Source of the DNA: a virus
Taxonomy: Duplodnaviria > Heunggongvirae > Uroviricota > Caudoviricetes
Strand: one strand, 5' to 3'
Virus record (IMG/VR): IMGVR_UViG_3300049638_000482
Length of the DNA stretch: 64,000 bases
Below the pieces are notes generated by a model. It was given only the letters and a program-made list of their open reading frames with translations. It was not told the origin of the DNA and made no database searches. A program made the position numbers and the translations under genes. Shown one piece after another: positions 41,801-48,700 of this stretch. Numbering within the stretch: position 1 is the first letter of the stretch; the number at the start of each line of letters is the position of its first letter.

Positions 41801-41958
41801 TCGTCTATGGTGCCTCTCGTGATGAGGCTGAGACCTTCAACGTCAAGGAGAAGCTCGCCATGACTGGTACTGATGTCATGCTCCTCGTGGGTATTTCGGC
41901 AGCGCTGATTGTGGTGTCGGCTGGAGCAAGCTTCGCTCTTCGCAAGAAGAAGAAGTGA
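32839..41958 (+). CDS. giant (3,039 aa) LAxTG-anchored surface protein with ~20 repeated beta-sandwich domains and TSP3-like Ca-binding Cys-rich repeats
   Basis: Signal-like N-terminus. Recurrent ~120-aa units marked by G(E/Q)KF(H/S)D(T/V)A and VYW(R/K)A. C-terminal DTDGDGKPDTNKDGKGC, DTNGDGVPDITEDGASC and DTNGDGIPDTNKGGSSC repeats (DxDxDG...C). Ends LAMTG + hydrophobic helix + RKKKK. Strong terminator follows. Confidence 0.85.
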   Translation: MQFKKHNSKTPPERKPKWLRKGIALLAAVATLATGGVVASTAYAGGGGGNQKASGGWTGGDIPQVFWEYKDGALSNQNDVTSGSFGPANEYQSAVNAFDEAGATISSQNIEGSVGSDKVKKALNDANKECVDGFHARHPGEGDGNCRVVAVGAMVLPGTKEYNGTAFDNINHAELDGKNQWQYAWDKYIKPNTYAYAGTRPYDVNTAFNDEPGMSVQKIMARDTYDDINKWDDPIVNIVNVNKSVVVIVLDKYQPAGVPKFSPTISTDAPSTIQEGQNITDKVTVGVKPGEQWVTGASVKAKGYYFTGPKDAILRVQDFKANLTTATTADFNNYINQIKSAGGVRQLGDTVIETFTSPTSRTVTLDQKAPENTWGTWVWIIDKNDQDGNTKNSLKSSDISLFGQSVESTLYPSYPNIWSEVAEPYAEKGADVRDVLHINGLPRDFGQFQGANNGRIKADNTTFTMKVFWSGSGKENYEEDKQYAPTTEAAPGEAGGPAFDANHKTLGSWDFDMREAMKKTSNFDGSLDIPLFGNGGIPAIDGSHPSIKADKSGYYTFVMYYNGDGTRLSFKNGAGNGHTPYNDNFETTLVKPGANSPQIAVNTNVSKGEVNPGEKFHDVATITGNGGSNKGMLDEGSYVEFNAYGPTEGTYSPKLPDLLTDQNRKVMLTKTQIETSMKGNAIDVQSPDVSTAGAGKVYWRATVKDSKNNTLATHALGLDNETVIVKSHSITTEANAQVAYVGEDVSDTIQIQGKLQAGDTAHVEAYDANNHKIDDFTEDINLNDKVAASDWGKTIEVKSTPHRMAANYGKVQYKVSLMRGTAVLATHDLGITTEVVESAVPSLSTKVSAENVTVGQKFSDVASIRGYVEPGSYVVFDAYNPVSGDPDTNAGKLLTDNKVTITAKQSQDAANGETVDITSAEISTETPGTVYWHAAICDKNGNKLTEHDLGIAGENTMVTPPIITTEVSKSEVQPDEKFHDTAVLSGVLSKGWYVEFTAYQSQSGAWNEKNAQVLHTNKYYITDKDVANSAKGEEVKVSSEDASTKTAGNVYYRAEIKNANGTVLASHQVGISSETVIVQGPEITTQESTNGQGSQPGEKFHDTATIKASNSGVLSEDWYVEFTAYNPVQGGADQVNEQIGTILDRQKVYLKGALSGDKKTATVRSQDVSTPNSGNVYWKAELKAKDGTLLATHQLGIANETTMIAPGGIVTSHAQTMGAVGEQLYDEITVYDETPAVESKDNKDHKGNGSGNTDGFGHVPAGSYVTVELYRQSGSDEGDGQASNLVASKNFTVDTTKFKAIKDGQTDSRPGYYTFKATDPSFVAQYAGQYWWKATLYTPTARELDTHKYGEEGNKHGVGYESFERTNVQKYSTTVSKKWLSVDDAEYAQGNNDGKDPEGGKTLQVYDVLRQTGYEKPNDDYRKGDTGQTVAGAKYTFEIWKRDGANANQKVKTLTTNDLPKLAEVTDNQADGDVKRGADDLDSFQNVKSETVTIDKSYSPSKYYFRVKITVPTASTTGIGTDPTNPGYDVVWYGSTAGNYTTDAARDAGFGGNSNNGLTYNETAYGYSEDEAFDVLKMKTRTTENLWVTPQQGKITDDIELWGNIPAKSQYEVEVWKLADGQNTDTEGATAAKKVATSGRQNVPSKAIGAHLDGVIFRSVEINNPGVGSYQFRLKFYSPEQPHKDGAGLGTGGDTTMNPATGVITEEWMRAAGGSTAKGYNSGDYWKQANNKQKGNGDGYSDRWLMFDGKKTEDEQFEVVKLTTDVTRADPNNYQSVGNEHYVDVTKGKVVSDYLTIEGHMLAGYRIQYELWRKDNTNHKITDEYAYSEDKGDRRVFSTPVHTLTAGQTSDQTEAYTLYEPGDYYWTYDFTKPVDAPHHLAGDVHEENQNNDDTQVFLPANSKHVYSNRNIVAERFHAIRITTAAYRWAGKGEKIKDTLRIEGWLDGNSDVVFNLMEKDVDAEKAPAASTKSVKVKDLTYEGGKKFDADAYEQNLCSPELVVPDSKDYYWSEVVTLPNNQQVFHRGDKNEPSESLRSIDSITDTSTEYMKGTPLSDHSRLDNVSYDSAIRTYVQGKFQTSGDSLDNQKNTPKFIDGELRSTWRLYKQDAGADAAKDTLVAVLNGKDAPSEVTKGMSSAENAVQLNKGQVDADSAKWDSSKAELGDYYWVNVIWNNTDKKVIQTGKARDPRESFAIIEAKSESQAERGAKQTLQDTVTISGPVKEGTMVSWKLYKRALQSSEDKDKTSDAKDAEDATDKDAKDATSGITTDDAAADAQKYEDTLVTEYSDPAHGAVLITADEAATAKKEGKVTIKSPETDPMDVGEYHWVFSLTAPAKNIDYGKYVNGKYTGTFQGDGTVKKPVKDSDGKYTTAHLADNDPKTPEPDPFFEDLAKEPHETTQVIDAHTKAQKYAYINKEFYDRIEFEGHVVKGTQVEWDLYKQADDAKTNTEAEDKSNADAEDKADAEGADKSDAEGKSDAEGKADESSDEDKSADVDTSKDTKVLTTTRVVLEDGQSYADSPKVKVPDVGTYYWVHRVYDPVEHYVPTEDASASDKKSDNKNPIKKAAEGIKDAIKGAANAVKDAVKGSDKDKSKDEDKSATAEDEIPVHTTPILTGKPRVDTETTWVFHIYTKADPLQEAGNILQDTAYIDGPVQDGMLVYFQLFQQDSGNDPMLDKLIGSTGFVTLKKGQNVLVSPGIKSPDTPANFYWRESLYPPQGDEPPCPPDDHGNPPCEDNGSDKPCNPCDDDKCQTTTKTEKPNKPTCDKDAKDTDGDGKPDTNKDGKGCTPKDEEDCGKDGGDCTPPCGKTSKDTNGDGVPDITEDGASCLPKCEKGAKDTNGDGIPDTNKGGSSCVVDDDNDGVNDHCTKKPCEGTCTPPLNVEKPRTPDESTHTIKVRTEAQQTTARSGDLVQDKAIITGDMVDGYELTFEAWKQADNGDDTLVYTTDAVSVSAGAKEVMSPKWRVNETGTYYWREKLVKKSDKTQIVYGASRDEAETFNVKEKLAMTGTDVMLLVGISAALIVVSAGASFALRKKKK

Positions 41959-41996
41959 GCTGGTAAGCTAGGCTGTTAAAGAGTCTAGCTTGCATG

Positions 41997-42035
41997 GGAG
42001 CGGTTTCCTGTATGGGAAGCCGCTCCTTTTTTTAT
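41997..42035 (+). terminator. strong Rho-independent terminator after giant adhesin gene
   Basis: ggagcggtttcc / ggaagccgctcc stem (one G-U pair) with loop tgtatg, followed by ttttttt. Confidence 0.7.
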
Positions 42036-42083
42036 TCATAAAGAGATTTTTGGGGGAGTGGTTGATGCGTAAGTTTCGAAGAG

Positions 42084-42140
42084 TTGGGCGGCTTTGGGCG
42101 TTGTGAGAAGAAGAGGGAAATGTGGGGCGTTGCGAAGAAG
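42084..42140 (+). promoter_or_regulatory. direct-repeat (iteron/operator-like) boxes in the 270-bp non-coding region ahead of the T4SS module
   Basis: gggcgttgtgagaagaag (42096-42113) and gggcgttgcgaagaag (42125-42140), plus additional ttgggcg boxes at 42084 and 42094. Confidence 0.3.
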
Positions 42141-42305
42141 TTTTCTACGTGCAAGGTCAGCCCGGGTATTACGCCGAATGCGTTTGTTAATATATTTCAC
42201 CATTGGTTGGAAGAGAGTTAAGTTTTGGAAATCCTGTTTTCCGTGGGTCTCTTGAATTGTGGTGTTTGTCGTTGAAGTTTCTAACTCTAGTCTAGGAGCG
42301 CGCAA

Positions 42306-42623
42306 ATGGGTGAGTTGATTGATGCTATCAGCGAGGATCATCGCAGACGTTCAAGGGAGTCTAAAGAGCCTGTTACTGATGCGAAGATACTGTCTTTCAT
42401 GCAGCAAAAGTGTGATGAGATGTTCAATCGTAAGAAGACTTCTTCTGATGGTTCTGAGGTTCCTGTGGTAAGTTTCCGTCTGGAGATACCTGAGAGTTAT
42501 ATCAGTAGTGTGATTAGGGCTGCTCAGAACCCTGTGTTTAGTAGCACTTATTCCATTGTTCAGGAAGGTAATCGCCAGAGCAACGGTTCTTATATTATTT
42601 CAGTGCATCAGGTGGGTATTTAA
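42306..42623 (+). CDS. hypothetical small protein, first gene of the T4SS-associated block
   Basis: RBS ctaggag. 105 aa. Confidence 0.5.
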   Translation: MGELIDAISEDHRRRSRESKEPVTDAKILSFMQQKCDEMFNRKKTSSDGSEVPVVSFRLEIPESYISSVIRAAQNPVFSSTYSIVQEGNRQSNGSYIISVHQVGI

Positions 42624-42638
42624 TCTCGGGGGCGCTTA

Positions 42639-43163
42639 ATGGTTGCAGCGATTGATAGGCGTGTCACAAATGGCCTATATAAGGTGACAGTACAGAGCAT
42701 TCGTAGGTGCTACATCAGTTATATCTACACCCAGATAGACAAGGGGTATTCCGTCCGAATCCTTGGCTTGGTGGATACCACAGGAGAAGTGGGCGGTTTT
42801 GAATCCTTGGCTTGGCAGGCTTACAAGGTATCAGAGTGGATTGGTGATATTGGCTATATCACCGTGTATGATACCTTGTTAAGATTCAGGGATGCCCTTT
42901 TGGAAGACCTTCAGTCCAAGGGGTATTGCACCGCCAACGACCTATTCAGAATCTCTACGGAGAACGGCAAGTATAAGGTGCGTGCTAGTAAGCATATTCG
43001 TAGGGAGCTTGGAGAGGGTTGCCGCTTTAAGTTAGCCAGAGGGTATTTGGTCAGTCTTGAGAAGGCTCGTCGTGTTGTAACCGGTATATCTGATGAAGAC
43101 AGTTGGGACGTGTTCAACACATTGTGCGAGACGACACCTACAGAAGACGAAGTCTTGGTGTAA
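42639..43163 (+). CDS. hypothetical protein
   Basis: 174-aa ORF, co-oriented and tightly packed. Confidence 0.5.
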   Translation: MVAAIDRRVTNGLYKVTVQSIRRCYISYIYTQIDKGYSVRILGLVDTTGEVGGFESLAWQAYKVSEWIGDIGYITVYDTLLRFRDALLEDLQSKGYCTANDLFRISTENGKYKVRASKHIRRELGEGCRFKLARGYLVSLEKARRVVTGISDEDSWDVFNTLCETTPTEDEVLV

Positions 43164-43183
43164 GGATAAGAGGTGGTTCGCCT

Positions 43184-43906
43184 ATGATGGGTAAAACTCA
43201 TGCCAAGGGCGGTCAAGTAGCCGCGCTGGGTGGGTATTTGTGGCTTGAGAGCAGCGGAGTAATGGACCAAATTCCAGTGCCAGGCTGGGTTGGTTTGTTA
43301 ATCATTTACCCCTTTGCTATATGGGCAAGCACCGCTCCTGACCTTGACCATGGTAAACAAAGTATACCTAGCCACGATGTGGTAAGTCAGGGTATCTGGT
43401 ATGTGCTTCATGCAACGACAGGCATAAGAAAGAAAATGCGTCATAAGGGCTTCTTGTACGGTCTCCTCGGGGTATTCGATTGCAAGCATAGAAGTTGGCA
43501 GACGCACTCTTATGAGGCTTTGCTGTTTCTTATCTTCATGTCGGTGTATCTTGGGTCAGCCCAGATACCTCTTAATGAAGGAGCAACAACAGCGGTAATA
43601 CTAAGGCTGGTGTTCATGGGTCTTAGTCTGGGTTGGCTCGCTCACATCTTTTTGGATGGCATCACCCCTGAGGGTATTTGGATTGCCAGTGCAAGGTTCT
43701 TGAATGTTGCTGTTTTCCATAAGGAAGTATTGCCCGCCAAAGTTAAAATTGTGCCCAACATCAAATTCTTCGCAACGGGTGCTCCGCCTCAGGGTCAGTG
43801 GAATTGGGAGAAGATTTGGAGTATGCTTCTTTCAATCACCTCGTGGGTATTACTATTCATTATTATAGGTGGATGGATTCTTTCTCCTGTGCCGAACTAT
43901 TTTTAG
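43184..43906 (+). CDS. polytopic membrane protein, possibly YdjM/DUF457-like membrane-bound metal-dependent hydrolase
   Basis: ATG-ATG at 43184 with RBS aggtgg. Multiple TM helices. APDLDH and HIFLDG His/Asp motifs. Weak assignment. Confidence 0.4.
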   Translation: MMGKTHAKGGQVAALGGYLWLESSGVMDQIPVPGWVGLLIIYPFAIWASTAPDLDHGKQSIPSHDVVSQGIWYVLHATTGIRKKMRHKGFLYGLLGVFDCKHRSWQTHSYEALLFLIFMSVYLGSAQIPLNEGATTAVILRLVFMGLSLGWLAHIFLDGITPEGIWIASARFLNVAVFHKEVLPAKVKIVPNIKFFATGAPPQGQWNWEKIWSMLLSITSWVLLFIIIGGWILSPVPNYF

Positions 43907-43955
43907 TTTGTTCGACATTATAAATACGCTTCAAGCGGCATTGATTGGTTAAATT

Positions 43956-44846
43956 ATGGTTAAGGGTTTTAATACGGCTATCAAGCCTACTAAGTCCCGT
44001 TATATTGGCATGGCTCTGCTGGTTCTGCTGGTGGCTTTTGCCATGCTCTTTTCGGTCGGCGTAGCCAGTGGTTTCGCTGATACCGGTAATAAGTCTACTG
44101 ATGAAGCTAGAGCTCAGCAGGAGCTTCATTCTTATGTGCAGAGTCAGGTTTCGAAGAAGAAGTACGAGGTTGAGGGCGGCGGATACATGTACGGCGTTGA
44201 CGTCATGTCCGGCGGTAGTGACGCTGTTCCCGATGTTAGCGAAACTCAGTTTAGCAAGCTGAGCAAGAAAGGTCAGCAGTCTTTCACTGCTGATTTGATG
44301 AAGGCTATGGACCAGGCTGCTACTTCTGACCAGAAGCAACAGGCTGTTCAGAAGACTCCTGACGTTACTGAGCAGACCACTCAGAACTGGTTGAAGGAGC
44401 TTCAGACTCACCCGGGCATGGGTTCTCGAATCCTGCAGCAGACCCTTGGTCAGACCAAGCCTGATTTTGTGTCTGCCAATGCCATCTACAAGCCGTTCTC
44501 CGGAATGGTTGGTACACTGATTGCATTGATTGCAGTCATCATGATGGCTATGCTTGCTCTGACACTTGCTGTGGACCTTGCGTACATCACGGTTCCTCCG
44601 GCACGTGGTTTGGTCAAGGATGATAAGAGCCGTCTGGTGTCTCATGAGGCTATTTCCGCTGTCAAGGCAGCTGAGGACGGCGACGGTAAGGGTGTGGCTC
44701 TCGGGTATTACCTCAAGAAGCGTTTTATCAGCATCCTTGTTCTGGCGTTCTGCTTGGTGTTGCTGATTCAGGGCGAAATCTTCAACTTTGTTGGTACAAT
44801 GGTTGACCTGACCTTTGGTCTTGTCAATGTGTTCGTGCAAAGCTGA
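43956..44846 (+). CDS. secreted/membrane protein, paralogue 2 (T4SS-associated; signal peptide + 2 C-terminal TM helices)
   Basis: LTLAVDLAYITVPPARGLV and GYYLKKRFISILVLAFCLVLL blocks homologous to 30419 and 44938. Confidence 0.6.
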   Translation: MVKGFNTAIKPTKSRYIGMALLVLLVAFAMLFSVGVASGFADTGNKSTDEARAQQELHSYVQSQVSKKKYEVEGGGYMYGVDVMSGGSDAVPDVSETQFSKLSKKGQQSFTADLMKAMDQAATSDQKQQAVQKTPDVTEQTTQNWLKELQTHPGMGSRILQQTLGQTKPDFVSANAIYKPFSGMVGTLIALIAVIMMAMLALTLAVDLAYITVPPARGLVKDDKSRLVSHEAISAVKAAEDGDGKGVALGYYLKKRFISILVLAFCLVLLIQGEIFNFVGTMVDLTFGLVNVFVQS

Positions 44847-44937
44847 TAGCCTAGGGTTTTGACAGGGGCTGGCTGGGTATTCCAGCTCAGCCCCTGTTTT
44901 TATATTCAGACGTATTTTAGTTGGGAGCGTATTTAAG

Positions 44938-45756
44938 ATGAGTAAGACGAAATCAGGCACCCTCAGGGTATTGATGTCCTTGATGGTGTGCCTTGTAATG
45001 TTGTTTGGGGTATTTGGGTCACAAAGTATTGCGAAAGCAGAAGCTGATGACGGTTCTTTGAATTCTATGATTTCCCTTGTCAAGGGTGATAGGGTTCTGG
45101 CTAGTTATGCAGACCGAATTAATATTGCTATCCGCAATGATGGGGATATCAAAGCCAACTTTAATTTGCTGACTTATAACTACCAGAACGGTACTATGGA
45201 GTTCAATAATACGGAGTACGAGAAGCTGGACCTTAAAGCGAAACGCAAAGTAATGAAAATTGCTTTGGATACTGTTGGTAGTAGTAGCTTGTCGAGCGCA
45301 GTAAAGATGAAATTATACAACTTTATTGCGGATCAAGACACTGGCGTTTCTCAGGCTATTCGTACCCTGAGCAGTGATGCGAGTGCGGATGTGGCAAGTG
45401 CTCTGGGTTGGCTCACACCATACTACCCGTGGTTCGCAACAGCTTGGGGGTTGATATGCATCCTCATTCTTATCTTCATGGCTTTTGGTACCACCGTGGA
45501 TTTGTTGTATTTGGTGGTTCCCATGGCAAGAACTCTGCTTACTAATAATAAGACTGGTAAGCCTTGGTGCATTAGCCACGAAGCTTACAATGCGGCTAAG
45601 AAAGACGAGGATACTGGTGGCAAGGAAAATTATATGATTACATACTTGCGCACTAGGTTTATCACGTTCCTCGTCATGGGTACGATAATCGTGATGATTG
45701 TGACAGGCACCATTTGGGAGCCTTTCCTCTATTTCGGTAGCGCGTTCACGTCCTGA
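44938..45756 (+). CDS. secreted/membrane protein, paralogue 3 (T4SS-associated)
   Basis: FGTTVDLLYLVVPMARTLL and ITYLRTRFITFLVMGTIIVMIV blocks. Signal peptide. Confidence 0.6.
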   Translation: MSKTKSGTLRVLMSLMVCLVMLFGVFGSQSIAKAEADDGSLNSMISLVKGDRVLASYADRINIAIRNDGDIKANFNLLTYNYQNGTMEFNNTEYEKLDLKAKRKVMKIALDTVGSSSLSSAVKMKLYNFIADQDTGVSQAIRTLSSDASADVASALGWLTPYYPWFATAWGLICILILIFMAFGTTVDLLYLVVPMARTLLTNNKTGKPWCISHEAYNAAKKDEDTGGKENYMITYLRTRFITFLVMGTIIVMIVTGTIWEPFLYFGSAFTS

Positions 45757-45772
45757 GACAGGTGGGTATTTC

Positions 45773-48700
45773 ATGAAGAAGTTTTTTAGGCGTTTGTGGG
45801 TTTCGCTGATTGCCATTGCCTCTATGTTGGGGGTAACTGCTCCAGCGGCGTATGCTGACCCGGATGCTGGTGATAGTGCTAGTAAGGGTACGGAAACTAC
45901 TGTCAGCGCTAGTAATACTTATCAGCTGTTTATTCAGTTGGCTCAGAATAAGAAGCTTACTACAGCTGACGCTGAGATGTTTGGTGATATTTCTTCTGAA
46001 GAGGCTCAGAGGCAGTGGCAGTTCTTTGGAGTGCTGTTGTCTAATTACTACGCCCCGTTCTCTACTGACCTCAAGTCAGATGATTTGACTAATGAGAAAA
46101 CTGCTGGCGGTCAGGCTTATAAGAACATGATTAGTCTGCTTACCAGCAGTGACGGTGGTTTCCAGTTTGATAAGGACGTGGCTAAGTCCATTGCTCAGGG
46201 TGTGCTTGGTAGCGTCCAAAAGGACTCTGAGGACCTCCGATTCGGGTATTGCAAGAGCAGAGATCACCATGTCAGCAAGGATATGATTGATAAGGCCCAA
46301 ACTAAGCCTGTATTGAAGTTACAGGAGGGTCAGTGCTTTTTGGATGATACTGGCGAGGAGCCGGTAACTTGGTATTCCTTGCTTACGGCAGCAGTCGGTG
46401 ACTTTCCTATAAGTGCTGTAAAGCCGAGTGGTACTACAGATGGGACATTGGATGACTATGAGAAAGATGGTAATCGCGGTGATATAGATACTACTGCTTC
46501 TAAAGCAACTAAAACAAAATTGGGTGCTGCCGTTGGTAATGGTTTTGGTGTTGAATTTGATGGTATCACTGAGTCTAAGGATAAGTCTTTTGGCTCAGGT
46601 GGCGTTAGAAATGCTGATACTGTCGTAGTGTACGGTGCCAAGACTAAGTTTCCCGCTTTTATTGCGGATATGTATGGTGAGGAGATTACACCTAGTGTTC
46701 AGACATTGATGAATATCCTTAAGCATACTGCAACTGGCATGGGTTATGGTACTAATCTCATAGACACCCCGGGTATTTCAGATGACCCTAGCAAGTTGAA
46801 TGATGATAATTATATGAGTGACCTTCTAAATAAGGCCATTGATCCCACTAAGTATTACACCTTTGGTATTCCATTGAAGCTCTCTCCATTCGGTGATTTG
46901 TGGGCTGATGGTGCTGAGTCCAGTTTGATTGTTATGCCGGGTGCAGCCAATCCTATGATTTATGAGGCCATAGATAAAGATGGTAATGATGTGGAAGATT
47001 ATAGAGGTCTTGGTCAGGGGATGCTGAGTACCTTCTGGTTGCAAGCTCTTAATGAGGGCTGGATTGGTGGAAATGGCAATAAGAAGGAAGCTTGTAATGC
47101 TACCAATGGTAACAACTCAGCTGTGACTGTTGCTAATAAGAACTTGACTTGTAGCCAAGTGAGAAATATGATGTGGAGTGCGGCGCTTGAGAAAACTACG
47201 GACAAGGGTAATTACTCCCTTTTGACTCCTGATGAGGAGTCAGCTCATGGTGAGGAGAACCTAGATATTGATGTTACGGGTAATCCCGATAAGTTTGGTG
47301 CTAGGCTATCCATGGGTAGACGTAGGGCAGTGCTGTTTCGTGGTGCCCGTCAATCTGAGATTAAAGGAAAAACGGGGGCTGCGTCATTTTGGTCAGGTGG
47401 CGCTAAAGATAATCAGAAAGGTATCAATCAGGGTTTTCATGATTTCGTCAAAGCTCACCCGAAAACCTCTATGCGAATGGTAAGGTGGATAGGCGCTTAT
47501 AATGATAATGATTTTTGGAATAAACAAACTAGCCAAGTAACTTTTGGTTTCCCTTTCTTTAATTATGCAGCTTTGGGGGGTGATGGTACAACAGCAACTT
47601 ACTCAGGTCATCATCTGGAAGCTATAGTTAACACGTATGATAATAGTAATAATGGTTTAGTTAATACGCCAACAAATACTTCGCCTCTCAGTATGCAAGG
47701 GTATTTCGGCAGTGAGACTAGGGAAAGCAATATTGGTATTATCAATATTGATAATACCAGTGCTCGCCCCATTTATGATAATATATTCCTAATTGATGAT
47801 TTGGGTCTGCTGTCCTCTCTAAGCGGTGATTCAAGTTCTGACTCAAGTAGCGCTGCTTCCAGTGATAATCAGGATTCTTCCAGCGATTCCACTATCAGTG
47901 ATGGCAAAATCAACACCACGGGTATTGCCGTTTGCAGCGCGCGAGGTTTGGTCGATCCTAAGGATATTGGTAATGCGTGTAAGCCCGCTGATGGTAGCAT
48001 CAAGTCCAAGGATCAGTCAACTGATGGTTTTTCTGATGCAGTCAAGAACGCAACCACGAAGCTGGACGGGTCAAATGACAATCAGCCTAAGGACGGTCAA
48101 ACCCTGTCTATTGATATTGCCAACCCGAAGATGAAGGCCATGCTTATCATGACCTACATGGCTGCTTCTCAGAATAAGGATTCGGGTAACCAGGATATCA
48201 AGACCACATGGGCTAACCTTGGATATCGTTTTGCCCTTGAGCAGCTTCCAGCTCCTAAGCACTTCACTCTTGATGCCTCGGTGGATAACTCCGAAGATAA
48301 GATGGCTCTGGAGATTAAGAATTGGATTTGGTATCTGCTTAATCCTACAGTCGGTTTCCGCTACAAGATGACCTTGCTCAGCGGAGCCATCTCCTCGGTA
48401 TTCATCGGCTGGCATAATGATATGGTCGGCGCTTCCGGAGTCGGCAACCTTCCGGGCACTACCAAGTACACAGGTTTCAATGGCTATGTGACCACGCCTA
48501 CATTGTCTGATATGGAGTGGTCTGATAAGATAGTTTCGTGGTACAAAGACCACCTGTTGTTAATCATAGTTATCGTGGCTCTGATTCTGGTGTGCTTCGT
48601 TGTCACTAATACGATAGGCATGCAGAAGGCTATTGTGTCGTTGGTGGCGTTTACAGTGTTGGCGCTTATTCCGGCAGCGGCAGTTAACGCCGTAGCCACA

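Noticed and set aside
14629-41958. Interpretation of the window as a prophage or jumbo phage (DnaX-like, FEN, giant proteins as tail fibres)
   Set aside because: No terminase, portal, major capsid, tail tube or lysis genes are recognisable. The giant proteins carry sortase LAxTG anchors, so they are cell-wall adhesins. A VirB4/VirB6/FtsK-type conjugation module is present instead.
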